From positions 704,001 to 768,000 of the forward strand of contig CAVTET010000004.1 of assembly GCA_963733675.1 (NCBI GenBank): 64,000 bases of DNA. Direction: 5' to 3'. Position 1 is the first letter of the stretch; each line of letters starts with the position of its first letter. Of this stretch, positions 45,291 through 57,946 are shown in pieces. This stretch comes from an uncultured Methanosarcinaceae archaeon. GTDB taxonomy: Archaea; Halobacteriota; Methanosarcinia; Methanosarcinales; Methanosarcinaceae. Position numbers and translations under genes: made by a program. The notes below the pieces were generated by a model. The model made no database searches. It worked only from the letters and a program-made list of their open reading frames with translations, and had not been told where the DNA came from.

Positions 45291-46328
45291 ATGTTATACG
45301 CTTTTGAACTCTCTGGAGAGCATGAAGAATTGCCGGCTGCTGAAGTTCTTGCTTGCCTCAAAATAGAGGAGCTTGATTTTCAGCCACATACCAAGGTTGA
45401 CCAGTGCCTGGTGGTGGATATAGCAGGTAAAGAAGAGGATGTAGAAAAAATTCTTAAAGGTACGATAACTGAAAGGCTCGCAATGACCCATCATATCCTG
45501 AAAGTTATAGGGATCACTGAAAACACCCTTGATGCGGTTCTGAAACTTACAAACTCCTTTGAGTCCTCGTACTTTATAAAGGAAGGTCAAAGTTTTGCAG
45601 TTAGGGCAAAAAGTGTTAAACGTCACGTGAACTTTCCCAGCAATCTTCTGGAACCAAAAATCGGAGGATTTATCAATAGAAAGGGCTTTCAGGCGAACCT
45701 GAAAAATCCTGATGTGGAATTTCGGCTGATCTTAAGTGGAAAGGCTGTTTTAGGAACGCTCATATCTTCCATCAACAGAAGTGCATATGAAGCCAGAAAT
45801 CCCCAAAATAAACCTTTTTTTCATCCTGGAGTCCTTGTACCCAGGCTAGCACGTGCTATTACAAATCTTTCCAAAATAAAACCTGGAGAGTTCTTCCTGG
45901 ATCCTTTTTGTGGTACTGCTGGCATACTTATTGAGGCCGGAATTTTAGGAGCACGAGTTATAGGAATCGATGCCCAAGAAAAAATTGTTAGGGGCGCCTG
46001 CATGAACCTTAGTGCCTTTGAGCTGGACTATACCTTGATGAAAGGAGATGCCCGTATGATGCCGTTTAAGGAAGGAACAATAAGCGCAATCGCGACTGAT
46101 CCACCATATGGAAGATCTGCAGCAATTCTTGCCGAATCTTTAGAGGATCTTTATTCCTGTGCTCTTGAGGATATTCAACGTGTCCTGAAGCCAGGAGGTA
46201 TTGCAGTTGTAGTCTCTGACAAGGACGCATCTGAATACGGAAAACAGATCGGACTTGAGGTCCTTGGAATCTATTTCCAGAGAGTCCACAAAAGCCTTAC
46301 TCGTAGAGTAACTATTTTTCAAAAATAG
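45291..46328 (+). CDS. trm11: tRNA (guanine10-N2)-methyltransferase, THUMP + MTase
   Basis: ELSGEH, KPFFHP, LDPFCGTAG, TDPPYGR, RVHKSLTR. Confidence 0.88.
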   Translation: MLYAFELSGEHEELPAAEVLACLKIEELDFQPHTKVDQCLVVDIAGKEEDVEKILKGTITERLAMTHHILKVIGITENTLDAVLKLTNSFESSYFIKEGQSFAVRAKSVKRHVNFPSNLLEPKIGGFINRKGFQANLKNPDVEFRLILSGKAVLGTLISSINRSAYEARNPQNKPFFHPGVLVPRLARAITNLSKIKPGEFFLDPFCGTAGILIEAGILGARVIGIDAQEKIVRGACMNLSAFELDYTLMKGDARMMPFKEGTISAIATDPPYGRSAAILAESLEDLYSCALEDIQRVLKPGGIAVVVSDKDASEYGKQIGLEVLGIYFQRVHKSLTRRVTIFQK

Positions 46329-46375
46329 ATGCATATTAGATATGAAATATGAAAAATGCTATTTAAGGACATTTC

Positions 46376-47185
46376 TTATTCATGGGAAATCAGTTCATCT
46401 AGCACCTCAGCCATAACTCTATGTCTGAGAATAAGTTTCTTGTTTTGCAAACCAGCTCTTCTGATAGAATAATTATCTTCGATCCAATTTATTTTTTTTT
46501 CATAATTTATTTTCATCAGGGTTAGACCACAGGCAGGAGCTGGTTCAATTCCTTCTTCATAGATATCAGGATTTAGCATCTGGAGCAGCCAGTCATTATC
46601 ATGTAAACCTTTTCCGATCATTGAAAGCGCAGTTACTATTTTTCTGACCATATTCCAAAGGAAACTATTCCCAACAATATCTATTTTTGTAACATCCCCG
46701 TCTACGCGGGCATCAATCCTTAACAAGGTTCGAATTGTACTCTTTTCTCCACTGATTCTTGAAAAGTTCTCAAAATCATGCCTTCCGATCAGCAATTTTG
46801 AAGCCTCACGGATCCTTGAAATATTGTATCCTTCCCCGCTAATTATATAGCGATAGTGTCTTGAAATCGCGTCTCTTCTAGCATCAAAGTGGCTAGGTAC
46901 CTCCGCGTGAGCCCAGGCCCAGATGGTTGGGGGAAGTTCGGAGTTTATGACCCTGGGAATTGCTAGATTTGTTTTGTCAGTATCAAAAGCTATGATCTGT
47001 TCGAAGGCATTAACTCCTGCATCTGTCCTGCCGGCGCAGGTATAATTAGCAGATTTGGGACTTTCTATGATCTCTAGATTACGAAGTGCTTTGAAGAGCT
47101 CTCCTTCCACTGTCACGACATTGGGCTGGATCTGGGAGCCGTGAAATTCGGTGCCTATGTATGCAAGCTTTAAAGCGACCCTCAT
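46376..47185 (-). CDS. truA: tRNA pseudouridine(38-40) synthase
   Basis: AGRTDAGV, FDAR..R.YRY, FLWNMVR. Confidence 0.95.
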   Translation of the reverse strand: MRVALKLAYIGTEFHGSQIQPNVVTVEGELFKALRNLEIIESPKSANYTCAGRTDAGVNAFEQIIAFDTDKTNLAIPRVINSELPPTIWAWAHAEVPSHFDARRDAISRHYRYIISGEGYNISRIREASKLLIGRHDFENFSRISGEKSTIRTLLRIDARVDGDVTKIDIVGNSFLWNMVRKIVTALSMIGKGLHDNDWLLQMLNPDIYEEGIEPAPACGLTLMKINYEKKINWIEDNYSIRRAGLQNKKLILRHRVMAEVLDELISHE

Positions 47186-47670
47186 ACCAATCTCCGATTA
47201 CTTGGCTTTTTCTTATTTAATAGATTTCTCTTACAATCATAAAGAATACTATATAAATACATCCAAAAAGGAACCGGACTGCAGGATGAAGAGATAGAGC
47301 ATCATGAATCCAGCAATCCCTACGGATGAGCAAGTCCTTTAGGAGAGACAGGAACTGCGGAGTAAGGGAGTTACATTGGAACTGTTTATGATGGCACAAC
47401 TTCTGAGTAATCAAAAACTATGTTAAAAAATCGGCAAACCAGGAAGGAAAAAAGCATACGGGCGAATTTAAATATTTGATTTTGAATAATTCCTTTCGAT
47501 CCAGAGAAGTACCACGAACATACCCCATTGTCTGCAACTGGGTGTGCAACCACAACCTTGATTTATTATGGTTTAATATATGCACACTGTTATATATTTA
47601 TGTAAAATTCAACCTTAATCTTAAATATAACATTGTACATTCTAGTCTAAATTTTTCGCTGGTAACAATC

Positions 47671-48741
47671 ATGATCACAAAACCGCAGGTTTTTGAATTT
47701 CTGAAACAATATGACTTAAAAAACATTACTATTGCAACAGTCTGTTCTCACTCAAGCCTTCAAATCTTTGACGGAGCGCGAAAAGAAGGATTCAGAACTC
47801 TGGGAATCTGCATTGGTAAACCACCTAAATTTTATGAAGCATTTCCAAAGGCAAAACCCGACGAGTACATTATCGTTGATAGTTATGAAGATATAATGAA
47901 CAAGGCTGAAGAACTTAGAAAAAAGAACACTATTATAATTCCACACGGTTCATTTGTTGCTTACCTGGGCACGAAAAATTTTGCAGATATGGAAGTTCCT
48001 ACTTTTGGAAACAGGGTTGTGCTAGAATGGGAATCTGATAGGGATAAAGAACGTGAGTGGTTGCTTGGAGCAGGCATTCATATGCCTGAAAAAATAGAAG
48101 ATCCTAGTGTTATTAATGGGCCTGTGATGGTTAAGTACCACGGAGCCAAAGGAGGAAAGGGTTTTTTCGTTGCAAAAACCTATAAAGAATTCAATGAACT
48201 CGTAGACAGAACCCAAAAGTTCACAATTCAGGAATTTATCACAGGGACACGTTATTACCTACATTACTTTTATTCCCCGATCAGAAGTGAGGGATATACC
48301 TTAAGCAAAGGTGTCCTTGAGCTCCTGAGTATGGACCGTAGAGTAGAGTCTAATGCCGATGAAATCTTTAGACTCGGCTCACCCAGAGAACTCATAGAAG
48401 CAGACATCCGCCCCACATATGTTGTCACAGGAAATGTACCCTTAGTAGCTAGAGAGTCCCTCTTGCCTCTTATATTTTCCCTTGGAGAAAGGGTAGTGGA
48501 AGAGTCTCTGGATCTTTTTGGCGGGATGATAGGGGCCTTCTGTCTTGAAACCGTTTTTACGGATTCTCTTGAAATCAAGGTTTTTGAAATTTCAGCTAGG
48601 ATTGTGGCTGGGACAAACCTTTATATTTCAGGCTCTCCTTATGCAGACCTGATGCAAGAAAGCCTTTCAACCGGAAGGAGAATAGCTCAAGAAATCAAAA
48701 TTGCAGTCCAGACAAACCAGCTGGATAAGATAATATCCTAA
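47671..48741 (+). CDS. purP: Formate-dependent AICAR formyltransferase (ATP-grasp)
   Basis: CSHSSLQI, PHGSFVAY, GAKGGKG, FEISARIVAGTN. ATG 47671 preferred over the long upstream extension. Confidence 0.93.
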   Translation: MITKPQVFEFLKQYDLKNITIATVCSHSSLQIFDGARKEGFRTLGICIGKPPKFYEAFPKAKPDEYIIVDSYEDIMNKAEELRKKNTIIIPHGSFVAYLGTKNFADMEVPTFGNRVVLEWESDRDKEREWLLGAGIHMPEKIEDPSVINGPVMVKYHGAKGGKGFFVAKTYKEFNELVDRTQKFTIQEFITGTRYYLHYFYSPIRSEGYTLSKGVLELLSMDRRVESNADEIFRLGSPRELIEADIRPTYVVTGNVPLVARESLLPLIFSLGERVVEESLDLFGGMIGAFCLETVFTDSLEIKVFEISARIVAGTNLYISGSPYADLMQESLSTGRRIAQEIKIAVQTNQLDKIIS

Positions 48742-49049
48742 GTAAATGTATCTTAAACCAGTACTTATTAACTCATACTTGATAATTTCGAAAGTAAATC
48801 TACTTTTTTTAGACTTATAAAAGTGATAGATAACACAAATATATATCCATTAGTAAATATATTTACGGCTGTGCCTTTGCGCCGAACGGTGAGCAAACTG
48901 CCCGCCGGATGATTCTCAGGACCATTAGTGAAGCCCGAAGATCTATGTGTAACAAAAGTATCTAGTCTACACGGAGGCAAATAAAGCGCTGCAGTCGGCG
49001 CTCCCAAATATTCAGCACCTGACCATTCTGATTTCTGAGGGGAATATCA

Positions 49050-49256
49050 GTGATTTCCCCCAGTATGTTTCCACCGTCAACAGTTCATCGCCCCCTGAAA
49101 AAAGCTGGCGGTAGCCAGATGTATGTGTTTATCCTTAGTCAGCCTGGTGCTTTTCATACATATGTTCATTCGAAACTGTTTATTGTTGACGACCTGTTTG
49201 CTATCATAGGTTCCGCTAACTGTAACCGTAAAACCTGTATATGCCATTGTCATTGA
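49050..49256 (+). pseudogene. Phospholipase D-family fragment (single HKD motif)
   Basis: YVHSKLFIVDD..AIIGSAN = HxK(x4)D(x6)GSxN. Confidence 0.65.
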
Positions 49257-50365
49257 TGAACCTATAATCAAGAACAAAACTAGAAGTTCAGTAAAAATCA
49301 TTACTTTTTTCATTATATTTACATAATATTTTGTATCGGGATTTTTTTATCATTTTTATCTCCTTGTTTATTTAATAACTCATCTGCAACTTTATTATCC
49401 AGATGCCCCATTTTTTATAACTAAACTTTGTAAAATATTAGAAAGATAATGTGTCTCCACTTTTGAACCCACTGCATCAAAATTTCAAATGTGGCTAATT
49501 CCAAGAACTTTTGGTGACAACAAAAACGTTTTAATCTTTTCCCAACGTGGTGTAAGATAGCGACGGTATGAATTCTATAAATAATATATAACTGTGTATA
49601 TTATATAATTTTCCTCCATCCGTATGTAATTTTTTGGCCCATGTATAACCGACTTTCAGTAGTTGTTCTTATGATACTAAAGTGTCTATAGCCACTGTTT
49701 TGTGAAATTTGTCCAAACATTCGCGATTATTATTCAACTAAAACTTCGGAAATAGAAGTTAGAATCTTTCAAAAGAGCTACAAGAGTAAAAAATGCAAGA
49801 TATTCTCAAAAACAACGTTTGAATGAGTAGGCAGCTTCATAAAAAAAGCAATAGCAGAAAAAAATTGTGAAAATTAAAAGGATATATGTTAAAAGTCAGT
49901 TAATGAATACAAATTTTTTTATAAAATTTATATATTATTTTCCAAATTTGACTTAAAATATCCTATAATTTATGCTGAAACTGAGAAAATGCATAGGTTT
50001 TCATACAACAAAAACCTTCCTGAAGTAAATAAGATACTGTTGATTTGTGCATCATCAACAATAACTACTCCTTCAATTCATGATGAAGCCTGATTTCCAT
50101 TAATAGTTAATTCATTTAAATCTCGGAGCCATATATCATTTTCATTGAATATAACGTGTATTATATATTTATAAGTTAGGTCCCAATAATTTCTACTGCT
50201 TTATAATTTTAAATTCAAATTGTAATATTTACGATTAGATTGTGTATTTTAGCTTTGTGAAATTCAAATAAATTTAAAAAACTTGGTATAAGAATATATT
50301 TTATGTGATAACTTATTTAAGACGAATTCTCGATGAGTTCACGATCTATCAAATGTATTAAAGCC

Positions 50366-50580
50366 AGTGTACCGAAAAATTCTGTAAATTCGGATCAACT
50401 CTGCACCCATTTTCTTCACCACAAAACAGAGTCTAAAGTCAATGAATAGGCTTACAGAACTATATTTTAATGCAGAGATTTTGCTATATAATCGATGCAC
50501 CAATGTAACCGATAAATCCTTTTTTGTAATGAAAGAAAAGGATGCAGAACAGTCATTTTCATAGAACTTTCAATACATTA
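50366..50580. repeat. MITE-like dispersed repeat; partial copies at ~9520-9600, 10551-10615, 12655-12700, 33345-33412 and 57539-57620
   Basis: cagtgtac.gaaa.ttctgtaaatt...ttttcttcaccacaaaa...ggatttatcgtttttac, with an inverted version at 50510-50580. Confidence 0.6.
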
Positions 50581-50874
50581 CTATTTATTTAGAATAGATA
50601 GCAAAAGAATTTATTGAATTTTGCTATTTTTTAATACTTTTTTGAATTTACGGGGCATCCGCAGGAGCAAAAAGTATATTCTCACACAGTGTAAAATAAT
50701 TAAATTTACAGACACATAGCCAAAAATTCTGAGATTTCATTTTTGCAGTGGAACTTCAGCAGTTGAAACTCGAACCTGACAGAAGCATAAATCTTATAAT
50801 GCATAAATGAGCTTCTATCAAATTCAGGCAAATTAGAGAAATTTACTTGTATTTCGCCTTCAAATATCGTTTTA

Positions 50875-51540
50875 TTAATGTCTTTCTAAAGCTTTCTGTC
50901 GCTTTATGAACCGGATTCCCATCTCAAAGGCTTTCTCACAGTCCTTAGGGAATACCTCGTCCCGCCTTTTAGCCTTCTCTTCTGGGTCAAAACGATTCGC
51001 GACATACTTTGAATAATCATCGAATTGGTAGGTATCGGTACTATATAATGATTCAGAATAGCCAAAAATTCTCGTTGCAACTCCTTCATTTAATTCAATA
51101 ACCTTATGAAGACCAAATACATCGAAATTTTCTTCCTTAGCACCAGTAGTGTATATGTAACCGATAGGGATATTTCCCGGATATAACGATCGTGGATTCT
51201 CAGAATAAACGAGAAATGGGAATATATAGCGCTCCATGAAAGACCTCATCTCACCAGTAGAATTTCCAAGGTAGATGGGTGATCCAAGTATCACTGCATC
51301 AGCATCTTTCAGCTTTTCCAGTACAGGTGTTAGTTCATCATTCATTGCGCATTTTCCATAGCTTTTTCCATCTTTTAGTTTACAGGCAAAACAACTTATA
51401 CATCCTTTGAAATTGAGATCATAAAGATGAATAATTTCTGTTTCTGCACCCTCTAAGGCTGCACCTTCAAGAGCTCTTTCTAAAAGAGTTGCTGTATTCC
51501 ATTTCTTTCTCGGACTTCCATTTATTGCTATTGCTTTCAT
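50875..51540 (-). CDS. Flavodoxin-fold / iron-sulfur flavoprotein (Isf-like, FMN reductase family)
   Basis: INGSPRK.WNT, CISCFAC..C, GSPIY, FMER. Confidence 0.9.
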   Translation of the reverse strand: MKAIAINGSPRKKWNTATLLERALEGAALEGAETEIIHLYDLNFKGCISCFACKLKDGKSYGKCAMNDELTPVLEKLKDADAVILGSPIYLGNSTGEMRSFMERYIFPFLVYSENPRSLYPGNIPIGYIYTTGAKEENFDVFGLHKVIELNEGVATRIFGYSESLYSTDTYQFDDYSKYVANRFDPEEKAKRRDEVFPKDCEKAFEMGIRFIKRQKALERH

Positions 51541-52145
51541 AATTTACCTCATATTTCCTGTTTTCTTAGAATTTAGAGCTCGTCACAAAATTAAAGTTTC
51601 TGTGGCACTCTGATATAAAGAAATTATTCAAAATCAAATCTTTTCATTTGCAATACGTTTTAATATCTTCTGGGATTATCAAATTTTGCTATCAATTACA
51701 CTAGCAATTGACCTTAATCAATCAAATAAAAATCAAAAAAAATAAAAGTTTCACCATTAAATGCTTAATCTTGTTGTTTTTCAGTTGAACTACATGAATA
51801 CTATATAAATAGTTTCATAAATAAATAGTAATTCCTAACAAAGCAAAAAAATAATCTGAGAGCTTTTTTCATTACATCCAATAACAGCATATTTTCAATT
51901 TGCGTTTCAAATTTTTCACCAAGATCCACTAAAACAAAGACTGAAGCAAGGTTGAATTTTTGCATCTAAATATTACTGATTTCTGATGAAAAACTTTGGA
52001 ATCCGTTTTCATGCTTCATGTATGTGTCAATGACCCACAAGGATTTAGAAAGATTTTCGACAAAGCCAAAAACAAATATTGGAATGAATTCAAGGTATAG
52101 AGAAACGCATTAAGCTAATGGATCTTGATTACTCAATAGAAATTG

Positions 52146-53336
52146 TCACTTGCCGTGGAATTCATGGAAATAAAAATCTGAAAATTCAATATTTGTATGT
52201 GAACCTCCGGGATTGAATAGATCAAAGAATTCATTTTCTTGGCCATTAATGAGATCAGTAATTAACATCGCAGATCTTATGCCATGATCATGCCCCCAAA
52301 ATCCAAATCCATCTGCTGCATAGATGCCTTCTTGAGATGTCATGCCTATAAGGGACAAACAATCTCCAGCAATGCTATCTTTATTAGACCACCGGTATCC
52401 AATAAACTTAACATTAAGGTGTTGGCACGCATAGTTTTCAAGCCGGCCATAGTAAACACTTTTGTCAGCTACTCGACTGGACTATGTTTCCCAGCAACGA
52501 TGATCAATTTACCCTTGTATTTAGGCGTGGTTCGGTAAGTGTGTAAAGGATTGCAGTCTATGAACATCCCATCCGGGAAATTTCCTTTCGTGTATAACCC
52601 TAACACGTAGGATCTCGCAGAGTGCAAATGTTTGTTAAGTAGGTTGTGATCATATACTGGTGTATGTGTTACGAGTATGATTTTATCGGCCATTATTGAG
52701 CCTTGGTCTGTAATTACTTCTTTGATTTTGCCATTATTAACGATGATGGCACTGATTTTCTCAAAGATATAACTACCTTCGCCAATTATATCTTCTGAAA
52801 GAGCCAGAAGACACTTACGGGGATGGAATTGGGCCCGATCCTCATATTTGATGGCTGGACCAGTTTTAAAGGGTAAAGGTACATTTTCAGTATAAGAAAC
52901 TAGAAGCCCAAATTTTTTTGTAGCTTCAAATTTACTCTTAATTTCATCAACTTTTTCATCAGACTTATTATAAATGTAACACAGTCAATCTTCAGCTTTC
53001 TGATAATATCAGCTACCTTTTCAACTGCCTTAATGTTAAATTAGCAAAATATTGGATTTACCTAAATTTGAAATCAGTCTATCTTAAATCATATTAGGTC
53101 CCATACTTATCTTAGCTGTGGTCCCAGATGTCACTCCTTTTACAATCAGATCTTCTTCTTACTGCTACAGTATGAACTGTCTCCTTTAACATTTCTGCAG
53201 CGGTTATACCAGCAATGCCACCTCCTAGTATCACACATCAACTTTTAACCGTTTGTCAAGTTTAGGGAACTTTTTATAAGGGGGTATTTCTAACCAGACT
53301 GAAACTCCCCCTCAATGACTTTTTTTTATTTTCCAT
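52146..53336 (-). pseudogene. FAD-dependent oxidoreductase (D-amino acid oxidase / YhfW-like) remnant
   Basis: VILGGGIAGITAA Rossmann motif, GVTSGTTAKI, FHPRK, RSYVLG, GIYAA.GFG.WG; many lesions. Confidence 0.75.
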
Positions 53337-53404
53337 CCTCAAACCTAAATTGACTTGTGATCTCATATCGGGTAATAAATTAGATTGAATCTTCCTTTTT
53401 AGAT

Positions 53405-54210
53405 CAAACAGGATTCAGATTTACCTCTAATTTTTTTTCTTCGCAGAATTACTGTCCAAATCTTTTCCGCTCATTTCTGTAATTGACCAAATTTTTTTTG
53501 GATCCATCATCTTTGATTCAAAGATAGGTTTTTCTATCTTCAAACTAGTCTTCGTAGTTTCAACCTCATCAACTGATATCGAATCTAGACAAAAGCTGTA
53601 CACAAAATCTTTAGATTTATTCTTTGAACAGTAGTGACAAAAATTTCTCCTGTTTTGAATATCTTTTTAGTTACAGAAACTAGTTTCTCTGGAGCTCTTT
53701 TTGAGCTAATATTCTTGTTTCCTAATATTATTCCCTATCCTCAGAAAATGTTCTTTTACTGCTCTTTTCATTGTTGCATCATAACCTTTTGATTTTGCTC
53801 AAAAGTATCCCTTTCGTTCCTGTAAACAACTTCTTTTTTTCTGATAATTCCACCTAAGAATCATAGATGATATAGTCATTTTTTTGAATTTTCTGATCAG
53901 CTCATGATTCCTGTTTATGTATACTATGAAGTTTATATCCTAAGTGTGACTTATTACCATTTTTTTGTCCAGGTTTCATCTATATTTCTTTCTGTTTTGC
54001 TTCATTTTCTCGACGTTTATCCGCTTTTACATGTCAGGATTTGAATAGACGAAAGTAACATACTGAATATTCCCAGTTTAATTTGCAAATCAAGGCAATC
54101 AAGTTGATTTTGAAACATTTCCCATATTTCTTCTTCTTTAACAGTTATCAATAATTTTTTTCAAAGTGATAAGACTGTGGTACTGTCGATATGTATTCAG
54201 AAAAACAAAG
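53405..54210 (-). mobile_element. IS5 family transposase remnant
   Basis: GYKLHSI, KGYF*AKSKGYDATMKRA; homologous to 32860-33250. Confidence 0.7.
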
Positions 54211-54552
54211 AAATTTCTGAAAGAACTTAGATCAATAAATTGTTTTTCAAGTTCAAAGCCGGAAAGACCATCCTATTACTGTAAAAAAAGCATTTTAAAA
54301 ATAACAATTACTTCAGTCTAAGGTCTACTTCAGAATACTATTTTGTTAAAATATTTGGACTCAAAAGTAATATGAAATGATTTCAGAATAGACACTATAA
54401 TTTCACAGAAAGAATTTATGTAGAAATCCACAATTAATACCTCAAATATCATTCTTTTTTTAGAATTTCTAAGCTCAAATGAAGTTTTTCAGAAAAAAAA
54501 TTGAGCAGGATTTTAATCCTGCATGTTTTTTGAATCAATATTCAATTTAATT

Positions 54553-57203
54553 TTATTTTGCGTTACGGGAATCTATTGTACTCTGAGCAGCTACAAGCCT
54601 TGCGATTGGAACTCTGTATGGAGAGCAGCTCACATAATTAAGGCCTATTTTGTGGGCGAAGTGGATGGATTTTGGCTCTCCACCATGTTCTCCACATATT
54701 CCCATCTGGAGGTTGGGTTTGACGGAACGCCCTTTTTGAATTCCAATTTTCATCAACTCGCCAACGCCTTCCTGATCAAGGACTTCAAAAGGATCGTGCT
54801 CAATGATACCTGCTTTCTGATAGATTGGCACGAATTTGGATACATCGTCACGGCTGAATCCGAATGTTGTTTGGGTCAGGTCGTTTGTTCCAAAAGAGAA
54901 GAAGTCGGCTTCCGATGCTATCTTATCTGCAGTAATTACGGCTCTAGGAAGTTCGATCATTGTCCCTACATGATAATCGATCTTTATTCCTTTCTCACCC
55001 ATGACCTTATCTGCCATCTTGCATACTTTATCCCTGGTCACTGAGAATTCCTTTGCAAGACTCACCAATGGGATCATAATTTCAGGAACAATTTGCAGCC
55101 CATTAGCTGCAAGTTCACAAGCTGCTTCCATAATTGCGCGTACCTGCATATCATATATTTCGGGATAGGTGATTCCAAGCCGCATCCCCTATGCCCGAGC
55201 ATAGGGTTTAGTTCTTTAAGGGAAACCACACGCTGGATAATTTTCTTCACATCACCGATTTTCTGCCAATCTCCTGAGGCTTCAAGTTCCCTGAGCTTTG
55301 CGTCTAGTTCCTCCTTGTCCGGCAGAAATTCGTGTAAAGGTGGATCGAGCAGCCTAATAGTCACTGGAAAACCTTCCATACTACGAAAGATTCCAAGGAA
55401 ATCCGCCTTCTGCATCGGCAGCAGTTTATTGAGGGCCTCTTTTCTGGACATCTCATCTTCTGCCAGGATCATTTCCCTTACTACAGGTATTCTGTCATCC
55501 CCGAAGAACATGTGTTCAGTTCTACAAAGTCCTATACCTTCTGCACCAAGTTCACGAGCAAGGCCTGCATCTGCCGGATTATCGGCATTTGTTCTTACAC
55601 CAAGAGTCCTGATTTCATCAGCCCATATGAGAAGCTTCTTCAAATCTTTATTAATTTCGGCATCAATCAGTTCTACCTTCCCAACAATTACACTTCCAGA
55701 ACTCCCGTCAATGGTAATATATTCATGTTCTCTTATAGTGTGACTATTTACCATAAAAAGGCCGCTTTTTATATCAATTGAAATCGCTCCACAGCCCACA
55801 ACACAGGGTTTGCCCATTCCTCTTCCAACAACTGCTGCATGAGAAGTCATCCCACCACGCACTGTAAGAAAACCCTGCGCAGCTGCCATCCCTCCTATAT
55901 CCTCAGGGGAGGTTTCGGTACGTACGAGAATTGTTTTCTCTCCTAACTCGGACATTGCCTCTGCGGCTTCGGCAGTAAATACAACTTTTCCTACAGCGGC
56001 TCCAGGAGATGCTGGAAGGCCCTTCGCAATTACTTCTAACTTTGCTTTGGGGTCAATCCTTGGGTGCAGGAGCAGGTCGATATGTTCAGCTTTTATTCTT
56101 GTGATCGCTGTTTCCTTATCTATAAGTCCTTCAGATACCATATCAGTCGCAATTTTCATTGCTGCAGCAGCTGTGCGTTTCCCAGTGCGGGTCTGCAGCA
56201 TATAAAGTTTTCCTTCCTGAATGGTAAACTCTATGTCCTGCATATCTTTGAAGTGAGCTTCAAGCGTCTGACAGATATCCACAAGCTGTTTGTAGGCCTC
56301 TGGAATTCTATTTTCAAGTGTATCAATAAAATCCGGAGTCCGAATGCCTGCGACCACATCTTCGCCCTGTGCATTGATTAAGTATTCTCCGAAGAACCTT
56401 TTCTCACCTGTTGATGGGTTCCTTGTAAAAGCAACTCCTGTGCCAGAATTATCCCCTCTGTTCCCATAGACCATCGTCTGTACATTGACAGCAGTTCCCC
56501 AGCTCTCATCAATTCCATTAAGTTTCCTGTAAGTAATGGCTCTCGGATTATTCCAAGATTCAAAAACAGCATCAATTGCCATATATAACTGAACTTTAGG
56601 ATCCTGGGGAAATTCAAATCCCTTTTCGAGTTTGATTACCTCCTTGAACCTCTCAGCCAGTTCTTTCAACGATTTTGCATCAAGATCCGTATCTGACTCA
56701 ACTCTCAGTTCCTTCTTCTTATCTGCAATAAGGGAATCAAACTTTTCAAAATCAAGGCCGAGCACTACATCCCCAAACATAGAGATAAATCTACGGTAGC
56801 AATCGTAAGCAAACCTTCCATCATTGACCTTATTTGCCAGCTCAATCACAGACTTGTCTGTGAGCCCAAGGTTAAGTACGGTATCCATCATCCCCGGCAT
56901 AGATACCCTTGCTCCAGATCGTACTGAAACAAGCAATGGATCACCTGCATCCCCTAATTTTTTGTTGTTTAGGGTCTCAAGCTTATCGATAGCTTCTTCT
57001 ATCTGTTGGAATGCTTCTTTAGGATAGTTTTTATATTTCAGATAGAGTACACAGACTTCAGTTGTAATTGTAAATCCAGGAGGCACGGGGACTCCGAGAT
57101 TTGCCATCTCGGCGAGATTTGCACCCTTACCTCCAAGCAGGTCTTTCATGCTACTTTTGCCATCAGTTACATCTTTTCCAAAAAAATATACAAACTTGGA
57201 CAA
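54553..57203 (-). pseudogene. ppdK: Pyruvate, phosphate dikinase with single 1-bp frameshift at ~55181 (pseudogene or sequence error)
   Basis: LGGKGANLAEM, SVRSGA, GGMTSHAAVV, GLCRTEHMF, NPMLGHRGC|RLGITYPEIY, FSFGTNDL, GICGEHGG. Confidence 0.93.
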
Positions 57204-57946
57204 TGACTATCCTCCCTGGAACAAGGTCAGTAAACGGAGTTAATGTATTATCGGAAATAAAACACTCTTATTTGATTTCCGATGCGCATATATTTAACTT
57301 TTCCTCTTTTTGTGTTACATCGGGAGTTATAGTATATTTCTCTGTTTATCTTCGTATCTTCACCACATATCAAGTAAGTCATATGAAGAGAGTGGAGGAA
57401 GATGTAATGACCATATTAATAGAAACTTCGTTACTTGAGATAAAATAAACCAACATTAAATAAAAGGAGAAAGTAACGAATGCTATACAACTGAATGCTA
57501 TACAACTTACCAGAAAATTAAATCAGGATCTTCAGAGGCAGTGTACAGAAAGTTCTGTAAATTTTGATTGACTACGTACCTTTTTTCTTCACCACAAAAA
57601 ACTGGATTTATCGTTTTTACTAATGATAGGTTTAAAAAAGTAAATCAAAAAAGATGTATAGAAAAGCACAGAGATTTGATTAACTAGGTTGCTAAAAATA
57701 GATCTATTATTTTAATTTATCAACTACGTTTCATAATCACAATGAAACATATTCAAATTAGCGCATGTTTCTATCTAAATAGTTTATCCAGTTTGGACTA
57801 AATCGTGTGCTATCACAAATACCCTAGGTCATCAAAATAATTTATGGATAATAATTTATGGATAATATCGGAATTGCTTTTTATGGGAATAGGATACCCA
57901 GCAAGCCGATTAATACACTGGTTTAACCATATATATAAAGCCAGGA

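Noticed and set aside
47476-47670. 65-aa N-terminal extension of PurP
   Set aside because: AT-rich promoter-like sequence; recognisable PurP begins at ATG 47671
55170-55200. Programmed frameshift in ppdK
   Set aside because: No slippery sequence or evident stimulatory structure; it falls inside a conserved motif
55093-57448. Plus-strand ORFs over ppdK (and similar ones over recQ, pscS and the CBS genes)
   Set aside because: Antisense shadow frames of well-supported genes
57479-57867. Short tandem duplications (gaatgctatacaact x2; aataatttatggat x2) as operator sites
   Set aside because: Adjacent exact duplications are best explained by slippage; there is no further support
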